A DNA stretch of 64,000 nucleotides, taken from positions 7,936,001-8,000,000 of the forward strand of contig NC_043011.1 of NCBI RefSeq assembly GCF_006345805.1, read 5' to 3'. The position numbers and the translations under genes are program-made. Positions within the stretch are counted from its first letter, which is position 1; every line of letters starts with the position of its first letter. Source of the DNA: Octopus sinensis (Eukaryota). Shown here piece by piece: positions 1 to 11,721 of this stretch. The notes below the pieces were generated by a model. The model was not told the origin of the DNA. It saw nothing but the letters and a program-made list of their open reading frames with translations, and did not search any database.

Positions 1-330
1 AGCGGTTGTCGGCATCTTCACCATCTCGTCCGGCAGCTTATTCCATGGATCCACAACCCGGACGGAGAAAGCCCCTCTCCTTCAATTGAGATGAAATCGT
101 CGCAGATAGAGCTTTTCGGAGTGACCCCGCAGCCGACGCTCTGGAGCAGGAGTGAAGAACAGCTCTTTCGAGAGGTTACACTTTCCGCTTATGATGTTGT
201 GAGCGAGAATGAGATCACCACGGCATCGTCGTTTTTCTAGAGAATAAAGGTCGGGCGTCTTCAGCCTTTCTTCATAAGATAAATTCTTGAGACCAAGAAC
301 CATGCGGGTAGCCAGCTTCTGGACTCTTTA
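1..330 (-). mobile_element. CR1-clade LINE, 3' end of ORF2 (degenerate)
   Basis: Minus strand reads ERVQKLATRMVLGLKNLSYEERLK...LEKRRCRGDLI...RGHSEKL...FSVRVVDPWNKLP, the typical C-terminal tail of CR1-type ORF2; runs off the window edge. Confidence 0.85.
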
Positions 331-759
331 TATATATATATATAATATATATATATATAAAGTGTAAAAATTATCAAAAATAATAATCTATACTAGTGGC
401 CAGCAATTATAAAAAATTGTCCATACACTGTAACTTATTTTTATATATGTGTATAACCATATAACCATATACCACTTGGTGGTTTTCCACTTAGCGTATA
501 ATTACCTATGGTTATACACACATATGTGTGTGTGTGTGTGTGTCTTCAAGTATATGTACACACATTCTCATGTATCTGCATACAAGCACACACACATCTG
601 GATGTGGGCATATATTAACATATATATGATGGTTGTTGTTTATATTTATATCCGTGTGTGTGTGTGCGGGTCCTTGATAAGTCACCATTATCAACAACAA
701 CCTCTACTTCATGTAAAATCCTTCCATGCCTTATCTGCTGAAGTGATAATGCTGTGCAG

Positions 760-831
760 TCTTATCTGTTGCCTGTGTCTCATTATGAAGACATAGGTTA
801 TCGACCCATTTCCCCATATCAAGTGCCCCCA
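760..831 (+). CDS. Candidate internal exon of an unidentified plus-strand gene (SYLLPVSHYEDIGYRPISPYQVPP)
   Basis: tgcag acceptor at 759/760 (alternative at 743/744), strong CCA|GTAAGT donor at 831/832, 72 nt open frame with phase 0 at both ends, non-repetitive sequence. No homology confirmation. Confidence 0.4.
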
Positions 832-1355
832 GTAAGTTATTTCTTAATGAGTGCACCCCCCCCCCCCGGGGTTAACCCTGATCAAAATAACCTTGGCTCA
901 AATGCATTCCAACCATTACTTTCTAGGACTTCATTATCTAATGTGTCCTTCCCCTTGTAATACAATAGAATATAATTTGATGGAGGTTATCCTGCTATTT
1001 CTAGCAGCTGTAGCTACCACATACAAGTTGGCTTATTTTCTGGGTGTATTAGACGTGCAGGGGCTGTAGTTTTACCCTAGAGAGGCCTGGAAATTGATTC
1101 CCCTTGTTCTTTTAACCAAAATCAGTCTGGTCAAGTTGGCCTAATGCTTAAAGTTACTCTACTCCATCCATGACTGCCCCATCATATAATAGGCATGGTG
1201 TATCTAGGACTGACATTACTCAATGTATCTATGCTTTTTTTGTTAAATGGTTGGCTGTGATTTGTGTGACTTTTGGTTGCTATTTTTAGCACATTGAGCA
1301 ACCTCTTGGGAGATGCTTTGTTTTTGTTCCTTGTTCTTCAATTTTGTTCCTGCAG

Positions 1356-1371
1356 GTTAATGATCACACCT
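1356..1371 (+). CDS. Candidate 16-nt micro-exon (VNDHT)
   Basis: Long polypyrimidine tract + cctgcag acceptor; weaker donor T|GTAATA. With 1521-1534 it sums to 30 nt, preserving frame. Confidence 0.25.
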
Positions 1372-1520
1372 GTAATATCATTTTATATAGTTTTGTAATT
1401 CTATTTATAGTTTATAAAAAAAAAATTGTTTTGTGTGTTTCATTAGATTTTCTTTTCACGTAAACTCTTTCATGTGTGAATTTGTCTGCTTGTCTGATGT
1501 CACTAACACTCATTTTACAG

Positions 1521-1534
1521 TTCAGTTGTCACAG
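1521..1534 (+). CDS. Candidate 14-nt micro-exon
   Basis: Branch-like ctaac at 1503, cattttacag acceptor, CAG|GTAAGA donor. Confidence 0.35.
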
Positions 1535-1980
1535 GTAAGAAATGAACATTTACCTGTAAGAAAACAGAGACCAATGTAGCTATGACATATACAATACACC
1601 CACACACACACACCTGTTGTACATGTGTACCAGTGACTGTAGTCGTAAGTTCTAGGTGTGCTGGGGTCAGCGCTGTACGGCCACCAAGGCCAGGGTTTTT
1701 AATGTATAATCATGTCTTTTCTTCGTTCCGTGTCTTACAATAATTTAATCACATTCTGTCTTTAAATCTTAAAATGTTTTGCTCAAAATTAACTCGTTAA
1801 CTCTCTTGTTACCGTATTTCTGTCGAAATACACTGCCTTCATTTTTAAATAAAGTTTCGAAACTATGAAGAATTTAGTAAAATAACTTTGTCATTATGAA
1901 GCTGATGTTTGAAACTGAAATTAACCTGAATCTTTTTAGGGAAGATTCTTGGATCACTTGAACCCTTTTACTCTCTTTAC

Positions 1981-2382
1981 TCTCTTTTACTTGTTTCAGT
2001 CATTTGACTGCGGCCATGCTGGAGCACCGCCTTTTAGTCGAGCAAATCGACCCCGGGACTTATTCTTTTGTAAGCCCAGTACTTATTCTATCGGTCTCTT
2101 TTGCCGAACCGCTAAGTGACGGGGACGTAAATACACTAGCATCGGTTGTCAAGCAATGCTAGGACAAACACAGACACACAAACACACACTCATATATATA
2201 TATATATATACATATATACAACAGGCTTCTTTCAGTTTCCATCTACCAAATCCACTCACAAGGCTTTGGTCGGCCCGGGGCTATAGCAGAAGACACTTGC
2301 CCAAGATGCCACGCAGTGGGACTGAACCCGCAACCATGTGGTTGGCTAGCAAGCTACTTACCACACAGCCACTCCTGCGCCT
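1981..2382 (-). mobile_element. tRNA-headed SINE family A (CORE-like, Octopus OR2-type by resemblance)
   Basis: Minus strand starts AGGCGCAGGAGTGGCTGTGTGG (A box)...GGTTCAGTCCC (B box), then ACCTTGGGCAAGTG CORE-like motif. Same family at 4455-4836, 5127-5549, 20455-20866; fragments at 8765, 18935, 22640, 26055, 26630, 33835, 34950. Confidence 0.85.
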
Positions 2383-2457
2383 ATCAATTTGTTATCAAGT
2401 GTTTTAATTAATTTTAAAAATAACGAAGAATTTAGTATAATGTCCTGACAAGTGATA

Positions 2458-2824
2458 TTCGTAGCCACTTTAACATGGCTGTCCATTCGAGCGGACTCTG
2501 CTGCGATTTTTTAACCTTAAGAGGGCATCTCCTTTAGTTGGTTAATGATGAACAGCTGCATCTGATAAAATTGCAAACTGGGGAGTTAACCCCTACCATC
2601 TCCTAGTGACGAGGTGTCCTGTACTGAGGAGTGACAGAAATAGCTGGAAACCAGGACTGGTCTACTGGTTGTCACTAGGAGATGGTAGTGAGTTTGCTTC
2701 CGTGGACGCAATATTATCGGCTGCAGCTGTGCATCGTTAACCAACTAGAGGAAATGACCTCTTGGGGGTTTAAAAATCGCAGTGAGTCTGCTCAAACAGA
2801 CAGCCATGTTAAAGTGGCTACGAA
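2458..2824. mobile_element. Foldback/MITE-like element with long imperfect inverted arms
   Basis: TTCGTAGCCACTTTAACATGGCTGTC at the left end and its exact reverse complement at the right end; inverted similarity continues inward (CTACCATCTCCTAGTGAC / GTCACTAGGAGATGGTAG). Confidence 0.8.
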
Positions 2825-3094
2825 AATTTAGTATAACTTACTTATCATTTAGCTGGTGTTTGAAACATAACATGAAATTTTTTCGAAGTGGGTTTTAATT
2901 TAATCACTTTAAAAACCAGAATTTTGTGTCTTAAAACCAACAGCAGTCTTGAGTAAGTTTGTATCAAAAGGGCTAACTCAGGGTGAATATATATTCTGTA
3001 TAGAAGCAGCCTGGTAATTTTGGTTCATCTCAGTAGCACACTTTATGACTACAACCACTGTACACCATGATATATATATGTGTATGTTTGTATA

Positions 3095-3316
3095 TACGAG
3101 GTGGGTGCTGGAAAGTTCCTGGCTTTAAGAGTATCACAAAAGGCCCGGTTGGAAACCCAGCCTTCCAAGTCTTTTTACAGGGCTTAGAAATACTGAAGGA
3201 CCTCTGTAATAAGTGTGTGAATCTGAGAGGGGAATATGTTGGATGAAATCATAATTAACTGATCCTCAAGTATTTTCTTTTATCGAAAGCCATGAACTTT
3301 TCAGGACCCTCTTGTA
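3095..3316 (+). mobile_element. Mariner-derived MITE
   Basis: TA-flanked imperfect TIRs TACGAGGTGGGTGCTGGAAAGTTCCTGGCTTT / AAAGCCATGAACTTTTCAGGACCCTCTTGTA; second copy inverted at 6641-6861, fragment near 62790. Confidence 0.75.
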
Positions 3317-3604
3317 TATATATGTGTGTGTGTGTGTGTGAAGATATGTGGCCTCGTGGTTAAGGTGTTGAGCTCCTATTCATAATGTTGTGGGTTCAGT
3401 CCCCAGATTGGGTAGCGTGTTGTATCCTTGAACATGACACTTCGTTTCACAAATTGCTCCAGACTATTCACCTGCTAACTGATGTGGCCCTTCCTCCCCC
3501 TTCTGTCCCTTCAACTACTACATTCTAGGAGTCCTACAGTATCGAGGGCTGGGAGGGGAGAGAGCGAGAGAGAGAGGGTTTATGTTTGGGTGCACAAGCA
3601 CCTA

Positions 3605-3929
3605 AAAACAATCCATGAAAACATGGTATGCGGTGGCACGTAAAAAACACCATCCAAGCGTGGCCGTTCGCCAGCCTCGTCTGGCAACTGTGTCGGTGGC
3701 ACATAAAAAACACCATCCAAGCGTAGCCGTTCGCCAGCCTCGTCTGGCAACTGTGTCGGTGGCACATAAAAAGCACCCACTACACTCACGGAGTGGTTGG
3801 CATCCAGCTGTAGAAACTCTGCCAGATCTGACTGGCCTGGTGCAGCCTTCGGGCTTCCCAGACCCCAGTTGAACCGTCCAACCCATGCTAGCATGGAAAG
3901 CGGACGTTAAACGATGATGATGATGATGA
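3605..3929 (+). mobile_element. SINE-like family E with (GAT)n tail and internal tandem repeats
   Basis: Ends ACCCATGCTAGCATGGAAAGCGGACGTTAAACGATGATGATG. Family core GTGGTTGGCGTTAGGAAGGGCATCCAGCTGTAGAAAC. Copies at 6410-7260, 13160-13310, 15045-15195, 16460-16962, 26215-26530, 27415-28010, 28300-28760, 30770-31045. Confidence 0.8.
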
Positions 3930-4064
3930 TATTGGCTTGCAAGTGACCACTATGTTAGCTTTACTCACACACACACACACACACAAACTTATGAAGTCCC
4001 AGTCAACTTGATTTTCACAAATTTACTCTCAGTACATATATATATATAAATATATATATATACA

Positions 4065-4353
4065 TATAATCAAAATAAGCAACAAGGACATCCAAGGTAG
4101 TGTAGTACAATCGTTTCATGCTACTTCATTTTATTAAGCAATGTAAGTATTACATCAGTTTTAAAATGTAGAGCAATCTTCAGCCACATATAGAATTTTC
4201 CAATTAAATAGACAGTGTACATTTTTATACTTATTCCATTTGCCAACATTATAAAGAGGGTAGATATATAGACAGAGAGGTTAATTTCATAATTAGGAAC
4301 ATGGTAGTAGAAGGTCCTTACCTTGGATATCCTTGTTGCTTATTTTGATTATA
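4065..4353. mobile_element. MITE with ~35-bp TIRs
   Basis: TATAATCAAAATAAGCAACAAGGACATCCAAGGTA ... TACCTTGGATATCCTTGTTGCTTATTTTGATTATA. Confidence 0.7.
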
Positions 4354-4454
4354 ATCACCCCGTTTTGATTTATATGGGTAATACCATACAAAATTCTGGT
4401 GCCTTTGACTTAAGTACCATATTCATCTGAATCTAAATTTTGCTATACATACAT

Positions 4455-4836
4455 ACTCTTTTACTTGTTTCAGTCATTTGACTGCGGCCATGCTGGAGCA
4501 CCACCTTTTAGTTGAGCAACTCGACCCCGGGACTTATTCTATCGGTCCCTTTTGCCGAACCGCTATGTAACGGGGACGTAAACACACCAGCATCGGTTGT
4601 CAAGCAATGCTAGGGGAACAAACACAGACACACAAACATATACACATACACATACATATATATACATATATATGACGGGCTTCTTTCAATTTCTGTCTAC
4701 CAAATCCACTCACAAGGCTTTGGTCGGCCTGGGGCTATAGTAGAAGACACTTGCCCAAGGTGCCACGCAGTGGGACTGAACCTTGAACCATGTGGTTTGT
4801 AAACAAGCTACTTACCACACAGCCACGCCTACGCCT
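4455..4836 (-). mobile_element. SINE family A copy
   Basis: Near-identical to 1981-2382. Confidence 0.85.
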
Positions 4837-5616
4837 ATATATATATATATGTGTGTGTGTGTACACACAATAATCCCTCACCATATTGTGGTTCACCCGT
4901 CGCGGTTTATTATTTACGCTTACGTTGCTTCTTCTGTCGTGATGTTTTACATTTATAATAAAATAAATATATACAAATAATAAAAATAAGTATATTTTCA
5001 CGGATTTCCACCTATCGCATAGGGTTTTGGAACATAACACTCGCAACAGTTGAGGGATTGGTGTGCGTATATATACACATATATATATCTATATATATAT
5101 ATATGATGTGTGTGTGTATGTATATATCTTTTATTTGTATCAGTCACTAGACTGTGGCTTTGCTGGAGCTCCACCTGGGAGAGTTAATTTGAACTAATTG
5201 ACCCCAGTACCTGTTTTCTTTTTAAGCCTGGCACTTATTCTATCATTCTCTTTTGCCAAACCCTTAAGTTACAGGGGTTGTAAACAAACCAACTCAAGTA
5301 GTCAAACGGTGGCAAGGGACAGAAAATAAACACTGAAAGACAAAACACACACACACACACCCACCCATGTATATATCATCATCATCTTTTATGGATGGGC
5401 TTCTTTTAGTTTCTGTTTACCAAATCCACTCACGAGGCTTTTGTTGGCCCGAGGCTACAGTAAAAGACACTTGTACAAGGCGCCATGCAGTGGGACTGAA
5501 CCCAGAACATATGGCTAAGAATCAAGTTTCTTACCACACAGCCACGCCTTTATCTGCTGAGACATATATCTATCCATGTGTATGTATGTATGTGTATACA
5601 TATATATATATATATA

Positions 5617-5901
5617 TCACCGTGACCGACCAACTATCAGATGTTGCTACACATCGCTGGTCACAATGCGCTTCGCATTGTTTTAGTCTTCAAATTATCC
5701 ACCCCGCAGGCCAACAGAAGAAAGAATGAGAGAAAGTTGTGGTGAAAGAGTGCAGCAGGGATCGCCACCACCCTCTGCCTGAGCCTCGTGGAACTTTAGG
5801 TATTTTCACTCAATAAACACTCACAACACCCGGTCTGGGAATTGAAACTGTAATCCTACAACTGCGAGTCCGCTGCCCTAACCACTGGGCCATTGCGCCT
5901 C

Positions 5902-5903
<2 letters not shown>
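5617..5903 (-). mobile_element. tRNA-headed SINE family B
   Basis: Head GTGGAGGCGCAATGGCCCAGTGGTTAGGGCAGCGGACTC with tRNA-like A and B boxes; copies at 29126-29515 (+), 32988-33293 (-), 43024-43320 (+). Confidence 0.85.
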
Positions 5904-5962
<59 letters not shown>

Positions 5963-6640
5963 CACACACACACACACACACATGCACACACAGACTTGTT
6001 AACAAAGTTTATGTTAGCTTAATGTTCTATTATGTATTGAAAGCTTGTAAATTTAATTTTATTTTATTTATACACACACACACTGTTGTTGTTTGTTCAG
6101 AGAGGTACCACACCCAATGACATCATCGCCCATTCACCACTTGTAGGTACCCCATTTTTTCTTTTCTTCAATATGTTTGTGTTTGCGGTAACAGCACAGG
6201 GCGGACTCTTTACGGTTGATTTAATTCAATCAAATTTCTACGTCATTGTTGACATCAAAGGCTCGAATCCATTAATCAGATTGTCGAAGGAATGTGTTGT
6301 CTCATTTCTTTGGTTATTTTTAACTCTGTTTTTCAAACATTTGCTACATCCCCACCACCACCACCACAACACACACATACACACACATTGAAATATATAC
6401 ACACATCATCATTTAATAGTCATCTTTCATGCTAACATGGTCTGATGGGAGCTGGGAAACCAGGACACTGTGCCAAGCTCCACTCTCTGTTTTGGTATGT
6501 TTTCTACAAATGGTTGCCCTTCCTAGCATCAACCACTTTACAGCGTGAACTGAGTGCTTTTTACATGGCCTCAGCAACGGTGAAGTCTGCTTTGGCATGG
6601 TGTTTACTGCTCGATGCCCTTCCTAACACCAACTACAATA

Positions 6641-6861
6641 TAAGGGGTTACTGAAAAGCTTCTGGCTTTGGGTATAAAAGAAAATACAGGAGGTTCAGTT
6701 AATTATGATTTTATTCAACTTATTCCCCTCTCAGATTCACACACTTATTGCAGCGGTCCTTCAGCTTTTCTAAGCCCTGTAAAAGAACTCAGAAGGTTGA
6801 GCTTCCAACCAGGCTTTTCACAATACCCTTAAAGCCAGGAATTTTTCAGCAGCCCCTTGTA
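6641..6861 (-). mobile_element. Mariner-derived MITE nested in a family E element
   Basis: Reverse complement of 3095-3316; interrupts the family E motif between CCTAACACCAAC and GAGTGGACTGGGTGC at a TA. Confidence 0.75.
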
Positions 6862-7775
6862 GAGTGGACTGGGTGCTTTTTATGTGGCACCAGCAACAAT
6901 GAGGTCTGCTCTGGCATGGTTTTTACAGCTGGGTGTCCTTCCTAACACCAACCACTTTACATACATTGTCATCATCATCGCTTAACGCTTATCTTCCATG
7001 CTAGCATGTGTGGGACAGTTCCACAAGATCTGGCCAGGCAGAAGCCGGCACCAGACTTCTGTGACTGTTTTGGTGGGGTTTTTATAGCTGGATGCCCTTC
7101 CTAACACCAACCACTCAGCGGAGTGGACTTGATGTTTTTTTGTGGCACAAGCTCTGGCAAGGTCAGCTTGGCAAGGTTTATACAGCTGGATGCCCTTCCA
7201 ATCACCAACCACTTTACAGAGTGGACTGGGTGCTTTTAAGTGACACCTGTACTGACAGGGTCACCAAGTACTTGCAAGAGATAAGAAAAAATATATATAA
7301 CAGATACACATTTTTTTATTTGTACTGTCTAGGTCTCCTAGACATGTTATCCAGTTTCCATGGCATTTTAGTCCCTGAGATCACAGCATTCCCCACCCCG
7401 GCTCAATGGGGTGCCAGTCTTTACAGTTGAGTGAACTGGAACATGAAGTGATGTGTCTTGCTCAAGAACACATGCATTATTACCCAGTTCAGGAAATGAA
7501 ACCTGATCTAGTGATTGTGAGTGCAAGCCCTTAACCATTGGGCATATTTGGTCAGAGGTCCCTCTCAAATGGGACTGACTGAAGTTACACCATAACTATG
7601 TATATATACATGTGTGTGTGTGTATATGAGAGTATATATGTAATGTATGTGTTTGTCTCTATGTTTATGTATGTTTTTGCATGTAGATATGTATATATGC
7701 ATGTGTGTGTGTGTATATATATATATATATAATGTATGTATATATATATATGTATGTATATTTAAAGACTTTAAA

Positions 7776-8088
7776 GACTCCGCCGGTTACGACGACGAGG
7801 CCCAGCTGATACGATCAACGGAACAGCTTGCTCTGAAATTAACGTGCAAATGGCTGAGCATTCCACAGACACGTGTACCCTTAACGTAGTTCTCGGGGAT
7901 AATCAGCGTGACACAGAGAGTGACAAGGCTGACCCTTTGAATACAAGTACAACTCATTTTTGCCAGCTGAGTGGACTGGAGCAACGTGAAATAAAGTGTC
8001 TTGCTCAAGGACACAACGCGTCGCCGGAATCGAACTCACAACCTTACGATCATGAGCCGAATGCCCTAACCACTAAGCCACGCGCCCT
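7776..8088 (-). mobile_element. tRNA-headed SINE family C
   Basis: Head CGCGTGGCTTAGTGGTTAGGGCATTCGG...GAGTTCGATTCC; 3' half shared with the family B copy at 29340-29510. Related heads at 10310-10640 and at 28265 (interrupted by family E, resumes at 28760). Confidence 0.8.
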
Positions 8089-8090
8089 CA

Positions 8091-8515
8091 CTTTGTATGT
8101 TATATATATATATGTATATATATATATAATATGTATATATATATGTATATATATAATGTATGTATATATATATAATGTATTATATATAATGTATATATAT
8201 ATATATGTATATATATTGTATGTATATATATAATGTATATATATACATTATATGTATATATATATATATATATAATGTATTATATATATATATATGTATA
8301 TATATATATAATGTATGTATATATATATATGTATATATATAATGTATGTATATATATATAATGTATGTATATATATAATGTATATATAATATATATATTA
8401 TATATATATAATGTATGTATATATAAATGTAATATATATATATATATATGTATATTATATATATATATAATGTATGTATATATATAATGTATATTTATAT
8501 ATGTATATATACACA
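8091..8515. repeat. Long imperfect (TA)n / TAATGTA low-complexity tract
   Basis: Direct inspection. Confidence 0.95.
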
Positions 8516-9399
8516 CTCACCCATGTATGCATATGTATATTTGTATATAAAATTTCTATTTTGTCTTGTTAAATTTCAAAATTTGACGAGAGATATGTTG
8601 ATAATAATTAATATGTTTTTATTTGATAATTATTATTATAAAATTTCATTTGAAAAAAAAATTTTGTTCTTATTTTCACTTTTGTAATTAATAAAAAAAG
8701 AATAAAAGATAAAATATAAATTATTACCTTTGTATCATTCTTTTTATTATTGTTATTATTATTATTCTTTTACTTGTTTCAGTTATTAGACTGTGGCCAT
8801 GCTGGGGTACCACCTCGAGGAATTTGTAGTCGAATGAATCAACCCCGGTGCTTTTTTTTAAAATCCTAGTACTTATTCTATCGGTCTTTTTTTACCAAGC
8901 AGTTCTGTCATGGGGATGTAAACAAACCAATACCAGTTGTCGAGCTGTGGTGGTGGTGGTGGTGGTGGTGGTGGTCAGGGGGGCGTACAGACACAAAGAT
9001 AGACACACATACATGATATGTAAGAAGGGTATTGGCAGGAACTTCATACGTTGTACCCAGTACAATCTCCGGACACACAAGAGGTGCAATGCTATCAAAG
9101 GACGGTTAACAGAGAATATAATCTTTGCGTGTGGCAAAATGGGCAGGTACCTATTTCTTTATTACCCACAAGGGGCTAAACATAGAGGGGACAAACAAAG
9201 ACAGACATAGGTATTAAGTCAATTACATCGGCCCCAGTGCGTAACTGGTACTTAATTTATTGACCCCTGAAAGGATGAAAGGCAAAGTCGACCTCGGCGG
9301 AATTTGAACTCACAACGTAACGACAGACGAAATACGGCTACTCATTTCGCCCGGCGTACTAATGTTTCTGCCAGCTCGCCGCTGGGCAGGTACCATAAG

Positions 9400-9770
9400 C
9401 GCTAAAAATACATAGACATTAGGCTCTCTCTCAAATGCTCAGGTGGATTATTAAAAGTAGTAGATAGCTTCTGTTACCTAGGAGACCAAATTAGCAGTCG
9501 AGGGAGAGAGTTCTGAGAGTAGTTACCAGTATAAGAATAGGCTGGACAAATTTCAGAGAGCTTCAGCCTTTGTCGGTAACTAAGGGCCACACCTTCAGAG
9601 TGTAAGGCAGATTGCATGATACCTGTGTACATACAGGTATGTTACATGGCAGTGAAACATGGGTTTTGACTACAGAAGACTTGCAAAGGTTCGAAAGAAA
9701 TAAAGCTAACATGTTCTGCTGGATCGGTAATGTCAGTATGTGTATACGTCCAGTGTGCTAAGAACTGTGC
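9400..9770 (+). mobile_element. RTE-clade LINE fragment (RT C-terminal region)
   Basis: Reads LKVVDSFCYLGDQISS...IRIGWTNFREL...MLHGSETWVLTTEDLQRFERN with frameshifts. Confidence 0.8.
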
Positions 9771-10257
9771 CAGTTCATCACCTTAATAATAATAATGATA
9801 ACAATAATAACCTTTTCTACTGGAGGCACAAGGCCTCAAATTTAGGCAGGGGTGGGCATAGGCAATTATATCAACCCCAGTGCGTAACTGGTACTTAATT
9901 TATCGACCCTGAAAACATGAAAGGCAAAGTCTACCTTGGCAGAATTTGAACTCAGAATGTAGCAACAGACAAAATATTACTAAGCGTTTTGCCCGGCACG
10001 CTAATGATTCTACCAGCTTCCCCCGCCTTTAATAATAATAATCCTTTCTTCTGGAGGCACAAGGCCTCAAATTTGGCAGGAGGGGAGTAGTAAATTGCAT
10101 CAACCCCAGTGTGTAACTGGTACTTAATTTATCAACCCCACCGAAAGGATGAAAGGCAGAGTAAACATCAGTGGAATTTGAACTCAGAACGTAGCGACAG
10201 ACAAAATACTGCTATGCATTTCACCCAGCATGCTAACGATTCTGCCAGCTTACTGCC

Positions 10258-10299
<42 letters not shown>

Positions 10300-11305
10300 T
10301 AAATGATGAAGGTGCATGGCTCTGGTTAGAGCGTCAAGCTTACGATCGTAAGGTTGTGAGTTCAAATCCCGGACCGGGCTGCGTGTTGTGTTCTTGAGCA
10401 AGGCACTTTATTTCACGTTGCTCCAGTTCACTCAGCTGTAGAAATGAGTTGCGATGTCACAGGTGCCAAGCTGTATCGGTCCTTTTGCCTTTCCCTTGGA
10501 TAACACTGGTGGCGTGGAGAGGGGAATCTGGTGTGCATGGGCAACTGCTGGTCTTCCATAAACAACCTCACCTGGACTTGTGTCTAGGAGGGTAACTTTC
10601 TAGGTGCAATCCCATGGTCTGTGTCGTGACCGAAGGGGGTAAGAATAAATGATGATGATGGTTTCAAATTTTGGCACAAGGCCAGCAATCTTAGGTACTT
10701 ATTTTATCGGCCCCAAAAGGATGAAAGGCACTGTTGACATGAACGACATTTGAACTCAGAATGTATAGAACGACAAAACACTGCTGAGCTTCTAGCCTTG
10801 CATGCAAACGGTTCTATCTGTTCACTGCCTTTTCTTTACAAGGGGCTAAACACAGAGGGAACAAACAAGGACACACAAAGGGATTAAGTCGATTACATCG
10901 ACCCCAGTGAGTAAATTAGTATTTAATTTATCGACCCCGAAAGGATAATAGGCAAAGTCGACCTCGGCAGAATAATAATAATAATAATGATTTCTTTAGT
11001 TTACCACCAGGGTGAAGGATGAGGGGGACAATACAAAGATGAGGAGAAAGCGTTTGGTTTATATACGATGTTTTGATTAAAAGGAAAACAAAGAAAAAGA
11101 ATGTAATATATAGAAGCCATCTTAATATGGCTAACTACAAAGGGGAGGGGGTGTTACTGTAGCTCTATAGCCCCAGGAGATCATCGTCTCCAGCTGGCTT
11201 TAGACACCATTTCAGTGCCCTTTAAGTATTTGCAAAGGGAGGCCATCCCTTTCTCGCAAGCCTGAGTGATACGCACGGACTAGTTTCGAGATTTTTGTCC
11301 CTTGT

Positions 11306-11504
11306 CAACGGGCAGTAACCACCAGGTCGCGATGAAAGAGAAGGCCGCCTTGCAAATATATAAGAGTTTTTCTAGTGACGTCTGCCACTGATTTCGAAAA
11401 ACTGACAGTAAGCATTATTAAATCTCAGACGTCACTAGAAAAACTCTTATATATTTGCAAAGCAGCCTTGTCTTTCATCACGACCTGGTGGTTACCGCCC
11501 GTTG
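11306..11504. repeat. ~80-bp-arm inverted repeat (hairpin/MITE remnant)
   Basis: TTGCAAATATATAAGAGTTTTTCTAGTGACGTCTG ... CAGACGTCACTAGAAAAACTCTTATATATTTGCAA, with outer arms CAACGGGCAGTAACCACCAGGTCG / CGACCTGGTGGTTACCGCCCGTTG. Confidence 0.85.
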
Positions 11505-11687
11505 GGGGAGGGGGGCAGAGTCAATTAGATTGACCCCAGTATGCAACTGGTACTTAATTTATCAAGCCCAAAAGGATGAAAGGCAAAGTCGACGTCGGTG
11601 GAATTTGAACTCAGAATGTCAAGACGGGCTAAATACTGCTAAACACTTTCCCCAGCATGCTAACAATTCTGCCAGCTCATTGCCTTA

Positions 11688-11721
<34 letters not shown>

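Noticed and set aside
3616-3780. Regular 66-bp repeats resembling a CRISPR array
   Set aside because: Whole units repeat without unique spacers, they lie inside a eukaryotic retroelement, and there are no cas genes.
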